A DNA stretch of 63,771 nucleotides, filler included, from Hausera hauseri (GCA_046269625.1; 11 parts of 11 records of this genome joined end to end with filler, not necessarily neighbours in it), one strand, 5' to 3'; counted from the whole stretch's first letter, positions 1 through 12,839 are shown. Notes: a model not told the origin generated them from the sequence alone. Translations and numbers: made by a program.

Positions 1-169
1 ATTTCACTTCTAAAAAGTTTATTTATAAATTTTATACTATCGGAATTTGTTTATTGTATTTCATATTAACGGAGTAAATTAACTGACAATTTGATTTGTT
101 ATTCAGTTGAAATTTCAAATTTTAATATTAACGGGGTTTTTATATAAATAGGTCTATAACTTAAATACA

Positions 170-1191
170 TCAATCAAAGTATTATCCATCGTTAGATATG
201 ACCTTTTCCCATTTTTGTAGCAATAGACAGATCCTACGGTGAAAGACCGACTAATCTTTGGAGGCTATTCAATCAGAGACCCATTTTTCGTCGTTTTCAT
301 AAGACCTGAAGTGTTCCTAAGCAAGTGCGTGTGCTATCGACCAAGACAAACGGTAGTCGGAAGGGTCACAGTCTGGTGAATAAGTCGCATGAGGTAGCAC
401 TTCCCAGCGAAGTGCTTACGATGTTTCCTTGACCTCCCTAGTGACGTGAAGTCGAGCGTTGTCATGAATCAAAATCATATTGTTCTATCTTCTCTCATAT
501 TCTGGTCATTTTTCGTACAATGCTTGGCTCAAACGAATCATTTGTTGTTGGTAGAGATCCCCTGTGATTGTTTGACCATGTTAGGTATCTCAAAATATAT
601 CAAATCCTTCTTATCTCACTAAATACATAGCATGGCTTTCTTCCCATGAATATTTAATTTTGACGTCAATGTCGATGATTCACGTGGGTGGCAGAGTTTT
701 TCGGCGTTTGGGGTTATAGAAATATATCCACTTTTCATCGCCTGTCACAATTCAACACAAAACCCCTTTCTTTTTTGTCTGGCAAGCAGCATTTCGGAAA
801 TGCTTTTTCGCCTTTCGATGTTTCTTTCTTTCTGCTCATATGGCACCCATCATACATTTCCCATGGCTTTTAAACGCTTGTAAATGTCAGCTTGAATAAC
901 ATGCAACGTTTCTACAAGTTGATTTTGTGTTTGACATGGATCTTCATCTATAAATGCTTTCAGTTCCGTATTTTCGAATTTTTTAGCTTGGCCTGAACGT
1001 TCTTTATCATTCGTGTCAAAATCACCAAGTTTAAATCGTCGGGACTATTCCTTACAAGTTGCTTCCGGTAGAGCAAGTTCCTTATAAGCTTCAACAAGTA
1101 TTCTATGAGATTCAGCAGCAGTTTTCTTCAAATTGAAACAGAAAAGTAAAACTTCGCGCAAATGCTGCTTATTTGGTTGAGATTCAGACAT
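170..1191 (-). mobile_element. mariner (Mos1/mauritiana-like) transposase pseudogene
   Basis: The minus strand reads MSESQPNKQHLREVLLFCFNLKKTAAESHRILVEAY... WVPYE, IVTGDEKWI, IHDNARLH, YSPDCDPSDY and WEKVISNDG*YFD*, matching the Mos1 HTH and D,D34D motifs. It has in-frame stops and frameshifts. TIRs were not found. Confidence 0.93.
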
Positions 1192-2439
1192 TTTCGTCGC
1201 AGTAAAAGACTATGATGTTGTCACAAACACCAAATTTTATATACTGAATATCATTGACAAAAGTTAAAAGTACAAATGATGCCTTATTCAAACGTAACAT
1301 TTAACGATTGCCAAAGTTACAGCTGTTTGTTGCTAGACGGCGGGTTTTAAATTATAAATTTAATAGTAATGTTTCAGAAAGATTTAAGTATTAACGAGAA
1401 ATATTTTACCCTTTATAAGGCAATGATGGGATGATAATAAAATTTTATTAACAAGAAAACAAATTTCACTGTAAATCTAGATTTTTTATAACAAATAATC
1501 TGAGAGACATGGAAAATATAATGCTGATTAATAATATGAAACAACTTTTGAAGGAAGCCAAAATAACGCAGTTGGAGTTTTTTCATGTGACAGCATTTCA
1601 TAGGGTTGTCCAGAAAAACTTAAATTACTTGTATGCCTCCAAACTGAAAATTTTCCCATTGATATGTTGACATTTAATGTGAAAACAATTTTTCCCATTT
1701 TTGTGAGGGGTTCTGAGATCCTTCAACGCTCCGAAGCATGTATACCTCCAAAATCGCCAAAATGCACGCATTTATATCAGTTATTTTCACATCTTTATTT
1801 TTTATTTTCATTTGCAAGTAGGTTCAAAATTGTTTGCCAATACATTTTGGGTGCCATAATTAAGGCCAGCAAGTTCACGTCGCACATCTCATAGCAGTGT
1901 CGTTGCACTCTCGCACAGTCACACATGCTAGCGGCAGCGGCTACCATACAATTGCTTGTTGCTGCTCTGCTACTGTGCGTGCAGCTAAAAGTCTGTGAAA
2001 TGAGACATGACGATGACAAAATTATTAATGAGTTGAAATTAGTTGACTTGAATTTGTTAGTAAATTAAAGTAAAAATAATGACAACCAGAAGCGGGCGTT
2101 CGTATATATTAACACAACTTCATTTAAAAAGAACGTTCATCGTGAACAGATGCAACAAATGTTAGCAATAAACCGGGTCCGGAAAAACAAAAACAGACAT
2201 ACATTAGCAAAGATCAGTGATTTGAACATGCAAGTACAATGTCATACAGACTGAAGAAAGTATAAAACATATCCAAGTATCATCCAATTAGTGTCAAGCA
2301 ATTTTTCAAAACACAAACAACTGTAACCATAAAGTTTGTAGTTTGAATAAGTTTATTCTTTCACAGTTTGTTTTTCTATTACATTCAAATGCTTCAGCCA
2401 TTCTAGATCTACAGCTCAGTGGTCACGATGAAGTCTACA

Positions 2440-2990
2440 AACTTCTCCGTTTTCAGATAACAACCGTCCACTTTTCTTTGATTGGTTTTCGTCGGCCTCA
2501 TTGATTATTTACTGAAATTCCTTTTGGATAAATCCATCAATGTCCGTATCTAACAAAATGGCTTGTTCTTTGTTTTAAACACTCTTTTGATATTTCGCAA
2601 TCCATATTTACATATGTAGCTTCTAGGAATAAATTTACCTTTATTGCATTTAACCGTTGAAGTTCATATTTGATTCTGTCTTCTATTTCTGCCTTGTTGT
2701 TCTCCAAAAACTCCATGATGCTTCGGTCATTCTCATTTGCATATATATGGAATATGTTCAGCTTTCGTTTTATGGCGTGATTAACGGGCATTCTTAAGCG
2801 TGGAATTTTCTCGGGGCTGGTAGACGGTTCTGCTTGTTGTTTTTGAGGAATTCGTTCACCTTGAGTCCGTAATACTTTGTTCAGGATTTCCAGTTTCTTC
2901 ATTGATTGAAAGCCTTCAAAATGATTCTTGTGCAGATTATGGAAATCGGAGAATTGTGACTTTTCCGCTGTTTTTCATTTGGGACAAACG
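2440..2990 (-). pseudogene. fragment resembling the N-terminal region of Polinton/adintovirus-type protein-primed PolB
   Basis: ORF 2537..2902 (IMEFLENNKAEIEDRIKYELQRLNAIKVNLFLEATY) continues through frameshifts into FKTKN...DIDGFIQ...IINEADENQSKESG. This resembles the FxTKN...EEFQExxSGW pattern of that region. No polymerase motifs are present. Confidence 0.45.
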
Positions 2991-3209
2991 AAATATATAT
3001 CCCCCTTGTGTTTGAATTCATAATATTTTTCGATTTCTCCGGGAGATGTGAAAGATATTTATAGGTTTAAGGCTGCCCTAGGTTTGATCAATTCAACCAT
3101 TTGCTTCTTTGATCCTATAAACTGATTTAATTGATATTTATGTTTTTCATAAAAATCCAAATACGACATATCAGCGTCGGCAGATTTACATTTAGGGCAT
3201 AGATAATAA

Positions 3210-3250
3210 TTATATCCATTATTATATCCATATTATTATATCCATATCGT
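3210..3250. repeat. short tandem repeat (attatatccat)x3
   Basis: Directly visible. Confidence 0.7.
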
Positions 3251-3764
3251 TCCATTGTATGATGGAATTTGTCATCATCATGTATCTTTGAGTTGCAGTA
3301 ATTGGTATCGAAATTGCATTAAAACAGTTGAATATAGTAAAGTTAAAAATAATCAATATTCTTACTTTATTCATGTTGAACGAGAGATAAAGTGATTGTG
3401 TTCAATAATGAAATAGTATTTATACGTTCACTGTGCGTGTGTGTATGTGTTGTTTCAACGTTTGATTTGTATGCAGTTTTTTTGTTTTTAATAAATTTAC
3501 ATTATTTATCAAAGTTCAGCTTATGAATGATATCCACGTTTTTGTATACAAATAATTTCATTGTGTGTGTATTATTTTATCATATCATTGTCTGTATAGT
3601 TTTAACCACTTGTTTAAATGTGTGATACTATTTAATTGATTTTTCCCTATGTAAATTATGCTACATTCATATGATGAACGTCGTTATATACATACACGCA
3701 TGCTGAGCACGACACATCATGTACCAGGCTTAGTATTTCAACCTTCTTTCATATGTGGTTCCTC

Positions 3765-5015
3765 ACTTATAACTCCGTCCGGTACTGTCCAATCGCGTTA
3801 ATTTTGATGTCGTTCGATTCGTCTCAGTGAGCTATAGGTCATTTCCCGATCCCATAAAACCTTTGTTGCTTCGTCGTCCGCTCATAACTCCGACCGATAC
3901 AGTCCAGCACAATGTGACGTGTTAAATGATACCCGAACGGACTCAATCGGCCTGTTGTCGGCTGAGCTACAGTACATTATCGGAAATTTGGCCGAAAACC
4001 CCCATCTGTGACAGAACCGCCATACCCTTTGTCGGGCCGTCAGAAGGGTTGTCCGAACATGTTATATATCATTCGAATCACGCTGCCATAATTAGGTCAA
4101 CTGTGCAGAGAAACCGACAATATGGGTTTTCGTTCAGACTCAATTCCCAAAAATTCTCAAACGTTCTCAAATGCTCACTGCTCAATAGAAATGAGTCATT
4201 GCACCGTTTGATTCGTCTCCCAATCATCGTTCCAACGATATGCAGACCATTTCACTGTCCTTTACCGTTCCGGAGTTATGGTCATTTTTCTGGTTTTTTG
4301 AACTTTAAATCGCTCTAGCGCACAATTAATTTTTACTCAAACTACTCAGCGGACTGAATCCATTTACATACCAGTCGATAGACCTAACCGAATACTACAC
4401 GATGGAATCGATGAAAACCCTGTGTGATGTGAGGATTTTGAGCAGTGCTAATTTCAAACTTTTTTACTCAATTTTCTGCTCATAACTTCGGCCCGTACAA
4501 ACCAATGACGTCGGTCTGCGCTTTATCATCCTCATCTCATTGAGACGAATCGAATGACACCAAAACGAACTCCGTACTACTCCTACGGGCTGAGATATTG
4601 AATTTCCGACCATTTTCACCGAAAAATCGGAACTGTGACAGAACCGGCATACCCTTTTACGGGCTAAAAAGAAAGGTTATCCCTACAATCCTTATATCAT
4701 TCGAACCGCGCTGATGTGCCAGGTCAACCGTGATGAGAAAATTGCGATATATTTCTTCAGTCCGACGCAATTCCCGAAAAACCACCTTTTCTTTCAGGTC
4801 AATTTCTCGGTGTCCTTACGGGATTTCCACAATTTTTCAATTCCGAACACAACGGACACGGCTGCCGCGCATTTTTGCGTCATTTCCTGCTCAGAAATTG
4901 TTTAATTTCCGGTGAAAATTGCGTAAATTTGCGCAAATTTCACCGGTAATGACGCATATTTACACCGGAAGTTACGCAATTTATGAGGGGGGTCTGTGCC
5001 AGAACCGGCAATTTT
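3765..5015. repeat. modular non-coding repeat with direct and inverted sub-repeats (non-autonomous element-like)
   Basis: ctgtgacagaaccg(c/g)cataccctt occurs at 4006 and 4633 (627-bp period), with a partial copy at 4994. 3802-3831 is the reverse complement of 4536-4565 (27/30 identical). cataactc/cggagttatg modules recur, and there is a hairpin at about 4909-4946. Confidence 0.7.
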
Positions 5016-5287
5016 ATAATACTAATATCGGTTTATATAAAAGATCAGTAGTCGTGTATTTTTGGCCTTTAAAGTTATTCAACTTTCAAATGTAACATTT
5101 AAATTGACCACTCTGTAGAAAAATTCAGATCATGTGTAACTGGCTTTATTTTTTATTCACTTAAAATTATCTCAAATGAGAAAAATTGCGAATGTTACCC
5201 ATTTAAAATTCAACATTTTCTTTTGTTTCATTCACTATAATGCTATCCTATTTAAGTTCAAATGGCGTTAGATTTCTTTTCATCTTT

Positions 5288-5387
5288 NNNNNNNNNNNNN
5301 NNNNNNNNNNNNNNNNNNNNNNNNNNNNNNNTTAATTAATTAANNNNNNNNNNNNNNNNNNNNNNNNNNNNNNNNNNNNNNNNNNNN
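5288..5387. other. artificial 100-bp contig spacer; identical spacers at 10643-10742, 15306-15405, 21466-21565, 27222-27321, 31583-31682, 41026-41125, 46086-46185, 54565-54664 and 58668-58767
   Basis: Each is 44 N + TTAATTAATTAA (stops in all six frames) + 44 N. Confidence 0.99.
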
Positions 5388-7956
5388 GAGACCGAAAGGC
5401 ATGTACAAGTACTCATAAAGACCGAAAGGTGTGGTAACTGCAGTTTTCTCGATGTCTTCCGGTGCGACAGGAATTTGGTGGTAAGCTTTGGCTAAATCAG
5501 TTGTTAAATAGACTGTAGTAGTATTAAGCCGATGTAATATGTCTTTGATTAATGGTACCGGATATGCATACATTATGGTCAAAGTATTAAGTTGGCGGTA
5601 ATCGCCGCATGGTCGGAAGGATTCATCTTTTTTGGACAACATGGTGAGGCGAAGACCATGGGATTTAGATCTACGGAAAATACCTGATTGTTCGAGTTCA
5701 CAAAATTCCGCCTCTACTGCCTGCCTGCGACGCGGTGACAATGGATAGACCTTTTTTTCGAATTGGTCTTTGGTGCCGTGTAATTATACGGTGGTAAATG
5801 CCGTTTACAGGGGTGAAATTCCGATCTTTCTAAAGTATACGAGGACAAGGAGCATTAATGAATTGTTGTAAGCTTACGGGTAGTTGCTGGAATATTGGAA
5901 GTGACGATGAACCAAGGTTGCTAGCAGTACTTGGTGAATATTGGTTGATTTTTGGTGGGGAATCGAGTGAAGTTTGATGTAGAATGGTCGTGTCTGACAC
6001 CTTATTTGAGTAAATGTTGTTGTTCAATGATTTTTCTGAAGGTACAAGAGTGTAAGTGACGATATTGAGCTATGACTGACTATCGACATTGTCCTTTGAC
6101 AGCTTACGAGGTAAAACGTGATAGTTAAGAGAATTAGTACGAGGTATCAACTGTTTTAAGATTGATTGGCTACTTACCGTTAGCTGTACTGTCGTCGGTG
6201 TGCTGCCTATTCCTGTACTACAGTCTTCAGGTGTATTTGAATTCAGGCATCGTTGGTTACAATCGACTAGCAAGTTATAGTGTGACAGGAAATCGGCGCC
6301 AAGTATTGCTGTCTGGACGTTAGCGACTGTAAACGTGCAATGAAATGGTGAGGAAAATTTTGGCAGAGTGAAAGATAATTTGCAAGTTCCGGCAACATGA
6401 AGGGGTTGACCGGAGGCGGTGTATAACGGTTTTGTTTTAAGTGAAGAATGCTCAACCGGAAAAGAAAGTGGTAGTAGTGAGATAGCTTCACCGGTATCGA
6501 TGAGAAAATCTATCGATTGAATGTTAGAAGTGGAGATATCAGCTTTTAGTGTAAAAACTGCAAAAGAAGTGCGTCGGCAAGAAGAATTGGGTAAGTTGAC
6601 TTTGCCAGATTCTGCCGTGAATACTGTCGGCGAAATCAGTTTTTTTGGATTGGTGAATTGGGACTGTTAATGTTAGAGAAACTGGAACGTCTATCAGTAG
6701 TGCAGTTATGGTTAGTTTTATAGTTACAGCCTGAAATACAATTCTGAGCATTAGATCCAAATTTTGCATGATAGATGCAAACAATGTTATCTGAATGTAG
6801 ATGCGAGGAATATCTACACCCTAAACAGCATTTATTTGCTTTGTTGTTAAATTTGTTATGATAATAACATATAAAGGATCGTGTTGGTGACGGTGTTCGA
6901 TTTCTTGAAACAGAACGTGTTCAATGAGGGGAGGACGCATTCCGTCCATGTGAGGAAAGGTCATTCAGCTTATCATTGATATTATTGAACGTATGTTGTA
7001 GTGCCGCATTTTTTGCGCGTAATTGGTTCAGTTGGTGTTCGATAGATATATGTCGTTAACTGTCGTCATTCGTGATTGCGGCTGATATAATGGGTTGTGA
7101 TTGTATTTGTAAAACTTCGTGTACTTTATCGGCAAATTCAGCTAGTTTATCCAAAGCTGTAGAATCATCAAAAACAGTAAGTAAATCCCTAATTTGAATG
7201 GGTAAAGCATTAAGATATCGGCGGAGTAGATCCGGATTGTGTTCCTTGGTGACACCCAGGATACGTAAGTGGGCCAACGAGGTGCGTAAGGAATCACTGG
7301 GTTTTTGTGTCCCAATTGCGTTTTCATTAAAAACTCTGTTAGCTTTAATACATCATTGAACAATTGCGTATAAGGGTCAGGATATTGAAAGATGTCCAGT
7401 AAGTTATAGATTGAGGTCTTTATGGAGTTTCGTAGAAAGTAGAGTAGATTATGGGCTTTGGTTAACAAATCGGTAATGCCGTTGGATTGTAGCCAAAGTT
7501 GATGGAAGTGAAACCAAGTCATACTAGAGTTTTCATTGTCTGTAAAAAATTCAGAGCAATGACGGGGTGTTACTGAAAGGGTTTTATGAGTAAATTTAGT
7601 ATCGGTTGAAGGAGTTACATGGTTTGTTTTTGGATAGTAGATGATGGATTTGGGTTTTGTGGTCACCTTTTCTGTGATGTCAGTGGTTGGTGAGGAGATC
7701 ATATCGCCGCGGATTCTAGGGTGTGTATACAGAGGTAGTTTTGTGAGGACATGATGTGTGAGAGGTCAGTTAAAATAAATCCATTGTGAATCAAATAGAA
7801 GTCATTGAATGAGGTAGATTTATGAATGAGGCCATATAATTGTATGATGTCGATACATTGTGCTATATGTGCGGTATGCATTAATTCATTATTTACAAAA
7901 AGGTGGATGGAAAGTGACGGTGATAAACGACAAGATGGGTATCGTGGTATCTCCAT
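5388..7956 (-). mobile_element. Ty3/gypsy LTR retrotransposon, CsRn1-like clade, copy 1 (Ubl leader, gag, protease, start of RT; degenerate)
   Basis: Gag LRRYLNALPIQIRDLLTVFDDSTALDKLAEFADK; two Cx2Hx9Cx3C knuckles at 6720-6872; protease FLIDTG...ILGADFL; RT FRPCGDYRQLN and TAVTTPFGLYEYLYMPFGL. Truncated at the spacer. Confidence 0.93.
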
Positions 7957-8019
7957 ATATTTTATCTGTTGATTCTTAGTAAGTGATAACTATGTGTGCC
8001 TTTTAATGGCATAACAGAC

Positions 8020-10642
8020 AATTTCTCTTTTGCAAAGAAGTATCCACCACTGTACAGTGACTCGCGTAATACATTCCAGGATTCCGTACCTGGCTTGTAG
8101 ATCGGTGGAAAATATTCACCTTTGGAATTAAATACTTCAATCTCATCAATTAATGACGGATGTTCAAGAGGAAATACGACACACTCATGAGATTCTTTAA
8201 TACCGTTTAAACTTTATTCTGGAACTGATGGGAACAGCATTCTGATAGGCAATAACAACAGCACATATATTTCGTGGTTGTGTTGCAATAACATATAGAT
8301 GTCTCAATGCCTGCAAATGGTATCGGATTTCAAAATAGGTTGGAGGGAATCTTGGGAAAGAAGCTATAAGAAGTGCAGAGGATTTTGGAGAATTACATAG
8401 TTAGTTTTATTTCACCTATGAATAAAAGCCCAATGGACATAGAATACGTCATATAGACATCGTAGTTAAGCACATCTTTAGCTCGAATTATTGATCGAAA
8501 ACTTCGAGACATACGCAACAGCTTTAAATTACCAGTGCCGGATGCAATCATGCACGCCGATAAACAGGGGGTAAATAAAACCCAATCACAAAAGTATTGG
8601 CTAATGTTCTCCAATAACTCACAATCGTTTTTGATGGATAATAATTTCTCAATGTGCGAAAGAATAATAGCAAGACCATCCTGATTATCCGTACCAGCAT
8701 ATCTCATGGCCATTACAAAATATGACCCCACGAGCAACTGAAGGTAACTCTCTTTGGTCGTCAGGATATACTTTTCAACAAAATCGGTCGGTTGGGCCTG
8801 CAAAGCCTTACTGGAAATAAAGTGATGAATGATACTATCTATCCACTGTTGCGTCGGTCGAATACTGTTCCACATAATCATACCACAGGCTATTTGATGG
8901 AAAGATAAAACTGGAGGACGGATATTTTCCAGATGAAACGTATTTGGAGACTTTAATTTACTGGTTATTGCTTCGTTACTCGAAACCATGAATTTCAATC
9001 TGAGTGCCATAGCAGTACCCGGACTCGTAATATCCGCGTTGTAACATTCACCTTCTTAAACTCTGGAATTCGTAGTTTGAAAGCTATTGAAATTCAACGA
9101 ATGCGATATTATTTGTGACTTTTTCAGGTCATAATTCTTCAAAATATTCTTCTGTGAATTGTGAACACTGTCCATATCGATTTCCGCAATAGGAAATTGA
9201 TAACCCTTTTTCCGATATCGCAACAAACGAATCAATTCATCGGAATTATGGTGTTTTCCATACATGTCACCATCTAGAAACAAAATCAATCCAACGCTGA
9301 ATCCTGGCGTTGTTGTAGTGAATTCGATATTCGAATAACCGATTCCTTCTTCCAACAGTCGTTCTCTAGTTCGACCGAATTCTTCAATTAAAGATCGTGA
9401 CATTTGTTGGTTCCCCGATGCGAAATATAATAACCCGATGGAAATGCTAGAGACGACATTTTATAAGGAGGGGCTTTGATTACAGTTATCTATGTTGTCT
9501 GGCAACATTCAACCATATGAATAGTCAGGTACGACATCAGAAAATAATTCTTTGATCCAATGTTAGACGCACAAAGTCCAATTAAAAAGGCGATTGTAGT
9601 CGTGTCATTCCATGACATTAATGCTCTGCCAATAGTTGCCTTATCGAGTTTATTCAAATGTTCATTAAGACCGAAACCAAACATAATTACAGCCGGTTCA
9701 GCCGTAAGTTCGATCTTATCATTCTCTTGTTTCAAATTACATTGCTGCAAAATCCAAGATGGATCGATATTATCGTTATATGACGATGTCATAAGACCGG
9801 TTGCAACACCATTGTGAAAATTCGGCCATTTACCCATATACTTTTACTGGTTTGTCTACGTAATTTCAATGATATAGGCCTTATTGCAGCCGGATAAATA
9901 ATGTTTTCCACTCAAACACGATTGTGGAACAATCATTACATCCCTTGAAAACTGGGGATTCGTAATCTGCAAACCGAGCATTCCTCGGCCAACCGGCAAT
10001 GCATATGTTCGTTGGTAATTGGTAATCTTCATATGACTCTCTGATTCGGTTTTCAACGCATCCGAAGGACTGTCGGCCTTATCGATAATGTAATTATGAT
10101 AAATCGATGCATCCGATTCGACCGGACAGCACGATTGTAACATTTTGTAAGCTTCATTAATCCGTTTATCGGGATAAGCCAATTGAATGATCGAATCAGA
10201 CTCACAAATGACATAAAGATGGTGATCATCAATCGGACTATTTATCTTCAACAGATTAGATCTGCATGAGATTTTTTATGGGGTTTGACAGTGCTAGTCC
10301 AGTACAAAAGGCAGTTCTTCCTCGTTTCATCAAAGGAATACAGTTCATTAAAAATCGATAAGTCCGATCTCAAACTCTTGCTCTTCAACAGAGGCAACAT
10401 GAGATTTCTTTGCTTTTCCAGATCATCCCGGCCAAATAAATTATACAGAGATGGCGGCATAGAACTCGTTGTACAGTGATTGCTCGGATGACAAAGTATT
10501 CGCAAAATAATTGATAAACATGGATTTATATGATCGAAATCATCATTTTGAAAGTTTATCTACCGCAAATAACGTGTACATCGCTCATTAATATTATCAA
10601 TTGCAAGAATTCCCTTATTAATAGACGAAATAATATCGGGAA
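8020..10642 (-). pseudogene. ANAPC1: anaphase-promoting complex subunit 1, intronless and degenerate copy (C-terminal/PC-repeat region)
   Basis: Motifs RTYALPVGRGM, WPNFHNGVATGL, FGFGLNEHL, MRYAGT, SGTGNLKLLR, SMSIGLLF and FPRFP...RYHLQALRHLYVIA occur in order across frameshifted ORFs. No introns are evident. Confidence 0.9.
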
Positions 10643-11919
10643 NNNNNNNNNNNNNNNNNNNNNNNNNNNNNNNNNNNNNNNNNNNNTTAATTAATTAANN
10701 NNNNNNNNNNNNNNNNNNNNNNNNNNNNNNNNNNNNNNNNNNTGAAGCGAAATTGCGAATTAAATTCGAATCATTTCGAGAACTTGAATTTATGAGCCAG
10801 GATAAAGATCTGACAACGCTAATAGAAATATATACTATGATAGAGGAGAAGGACTTTTACAGAAAAAGAAACAAGCTAAGTGATCTCCAGCAAAGTTTAA
10901 TAAACATACCTTTGGAAAGAATACAGAACCTAATACAGAAACCATTAAAAATCTTTCTACAGGAAATAGAAACATTGGAAGTATGTAATGACCTGGCACA
11001 GACACTACAGTATTTACAGAATCCAGCAGAATAGACACCAGGGTTCGATCTACACTGCCATACCGAATTAACAGAGATTAAAAAGAATCTCCAGCTGCCG
11101 GCCGACAAAGCCAAGTTCATAGACAGGCTAATGGACGCAATAGATTCGGATGCTGAAGTATTAAACCAAATGCACAAATTAATCTTACTACTAACAGAAC
11201 TGGCAGAAATCGACGAAGTAGTAGCTAAACGACTAACAAATCGAATGCGGCTAGTAAAAGAAATCCGGTTACGCTCCGAAAAAAGGTAATGCGAGCTAAA
11301 CGAGTTACAAAGAGAAACAGAAGCTTACAAGAATAAATATACCCTTACGGAATTTGAATTGAATGATAAAACAGAATTTATACAAAGATGGCAAAGAGAC
11401 AGAATCGCAGAAATGACTAATTATCGGGAGAAAGCCTTGATACGACCAGAAGAAATGTGCCAATTGATAACACTGATACAACAAGCGTGCAGAAATGAAG
11501 ACGGATTTCGAATATCCCTAATGAAAACATTGCAACCGCAAATAAGAGAATTACGCGAAAGAGTCCAGGTCGGACATGCGGCACTAATGAACTACGAGTT
11601 ACCTGACGCAGATAATGAAGCTGAGTAGGATGAGTATCTCCAAGGTTTAACCCAGCAAAGTCAGAGGACTCCAATATGAATTTATGAATCGCCCACTGAT
11701 GCACAGAAGACGAAATTTGACGTGCAAATGCTACTTGACCCCACACTAGCTGAAAAAGAATTGAGCAGTATGTTGAAAATAAACATAAGCGAAGATAAAT
11801 TAAAGAAATTGATTCCAACTCTGACTAAGCTATCCAGCAAAAATACCGCATATAGCGCCGTATCCAAGCTCTTTATAATAGAGTACGCTAAACTATTGAA
11901 AAATAAACTGGAAGAGGAA

Positions 11920-12143
11920 ATTAAAGTGAAAGTATCATCTGAAGAAATGGATGACGAGAAATTTGAATGCACCACCTATGCTACCGTTGGGGACATAAAA
12001 CAGCGGATAATGGATAAAGATAGTAATGAAGGAGTTAATTACCGGCTCTATTTCAGAGGTAGGATATTAGATGAGTTAGAATCACTAATAGACGTAGGGA
12101 TCATACCCCACGAAGAGAGTCGAATAATAGCAATAATTGCTAG
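11920..12143 (+). other. integral ubiquitin-like domain in ORF 11722..12429
   Basis: IKVKV...ATVGDIKQRI...YRLYFRGRILDELESLIDVGI matches the beta-grasp pattern (TV.DLK..I; RLIF.G+.L.D..TL..YGI). There is no C-terminal GG. Confidence 0.75.
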
Positions 12144-12839
12144 TGAACAAACCAAAGACGAAGCCATAAGGAAAGCGCACACAGAACACTGCGTTGGAAA
12201 GATCATGGGGATTCAGGACGCCGCAATGTATTTTGAATATTTACAGACGGATAACGACAAACCGCAATATGATAAAAATTTGGTTCCGTTAAGCGAAACT
12301 TTACCACCAGTAAAACCGAAACTACCAGTTAGAAGACCAAGAAAAATAAAAGAAGTGGATTATAATGCAGACCTAATTAGAGAACTAAGACAACTATCGG
12401 TACCCACTCCAAGTTCGAATAATGAATAACTAGTCAAATTAATGAAAGATTTAATAAGCATAGTTATTTATACTGGACTACAAGGCGATGTACTATCCGA
12501 GAAAGAAAAACTAATATACAATGTAGCTCGGACCATGAAAACTTCGCGATTTAAATTATCTAAGAGAACCCTCCTTGACGAAAAAGTGATTGACAGAATT
12601 ATAATAGACAATGCAACGGAAGAATTAAGGAAAGTCGTGATATATTTGGCGGTAAGAACCAACTCCCTTCGAGAAAACGAAATCTATAAGTCAATCGGGT
12701 TAGCTAGGAAAGCTGCGAGAAGGGTACCTAAAGAAATAAAATGGGCTACACTATTCGAAATGGATGACGACGGGAGAAAAACCAATAACTTAGAAGACAT
12801 GGTACGAAACATCTCTTTGAATAAAGGAAACGAATCAAA

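Noticed and set aside
3926-4915. ORFs 3926..4318, 4714..4905 and 4730..4915
   Set aside because: They fall in a palindromic non-coding repeat and show no protein motifs.
8020-10642. Alternative genetic code or programmed frameshifting to explain the broken genes
   Set aside because: All three stop codons and random frameshifts occur, while GATAD1, PSPH and CAT exons read cleanly in the standard code. Ordinary decay explains it.
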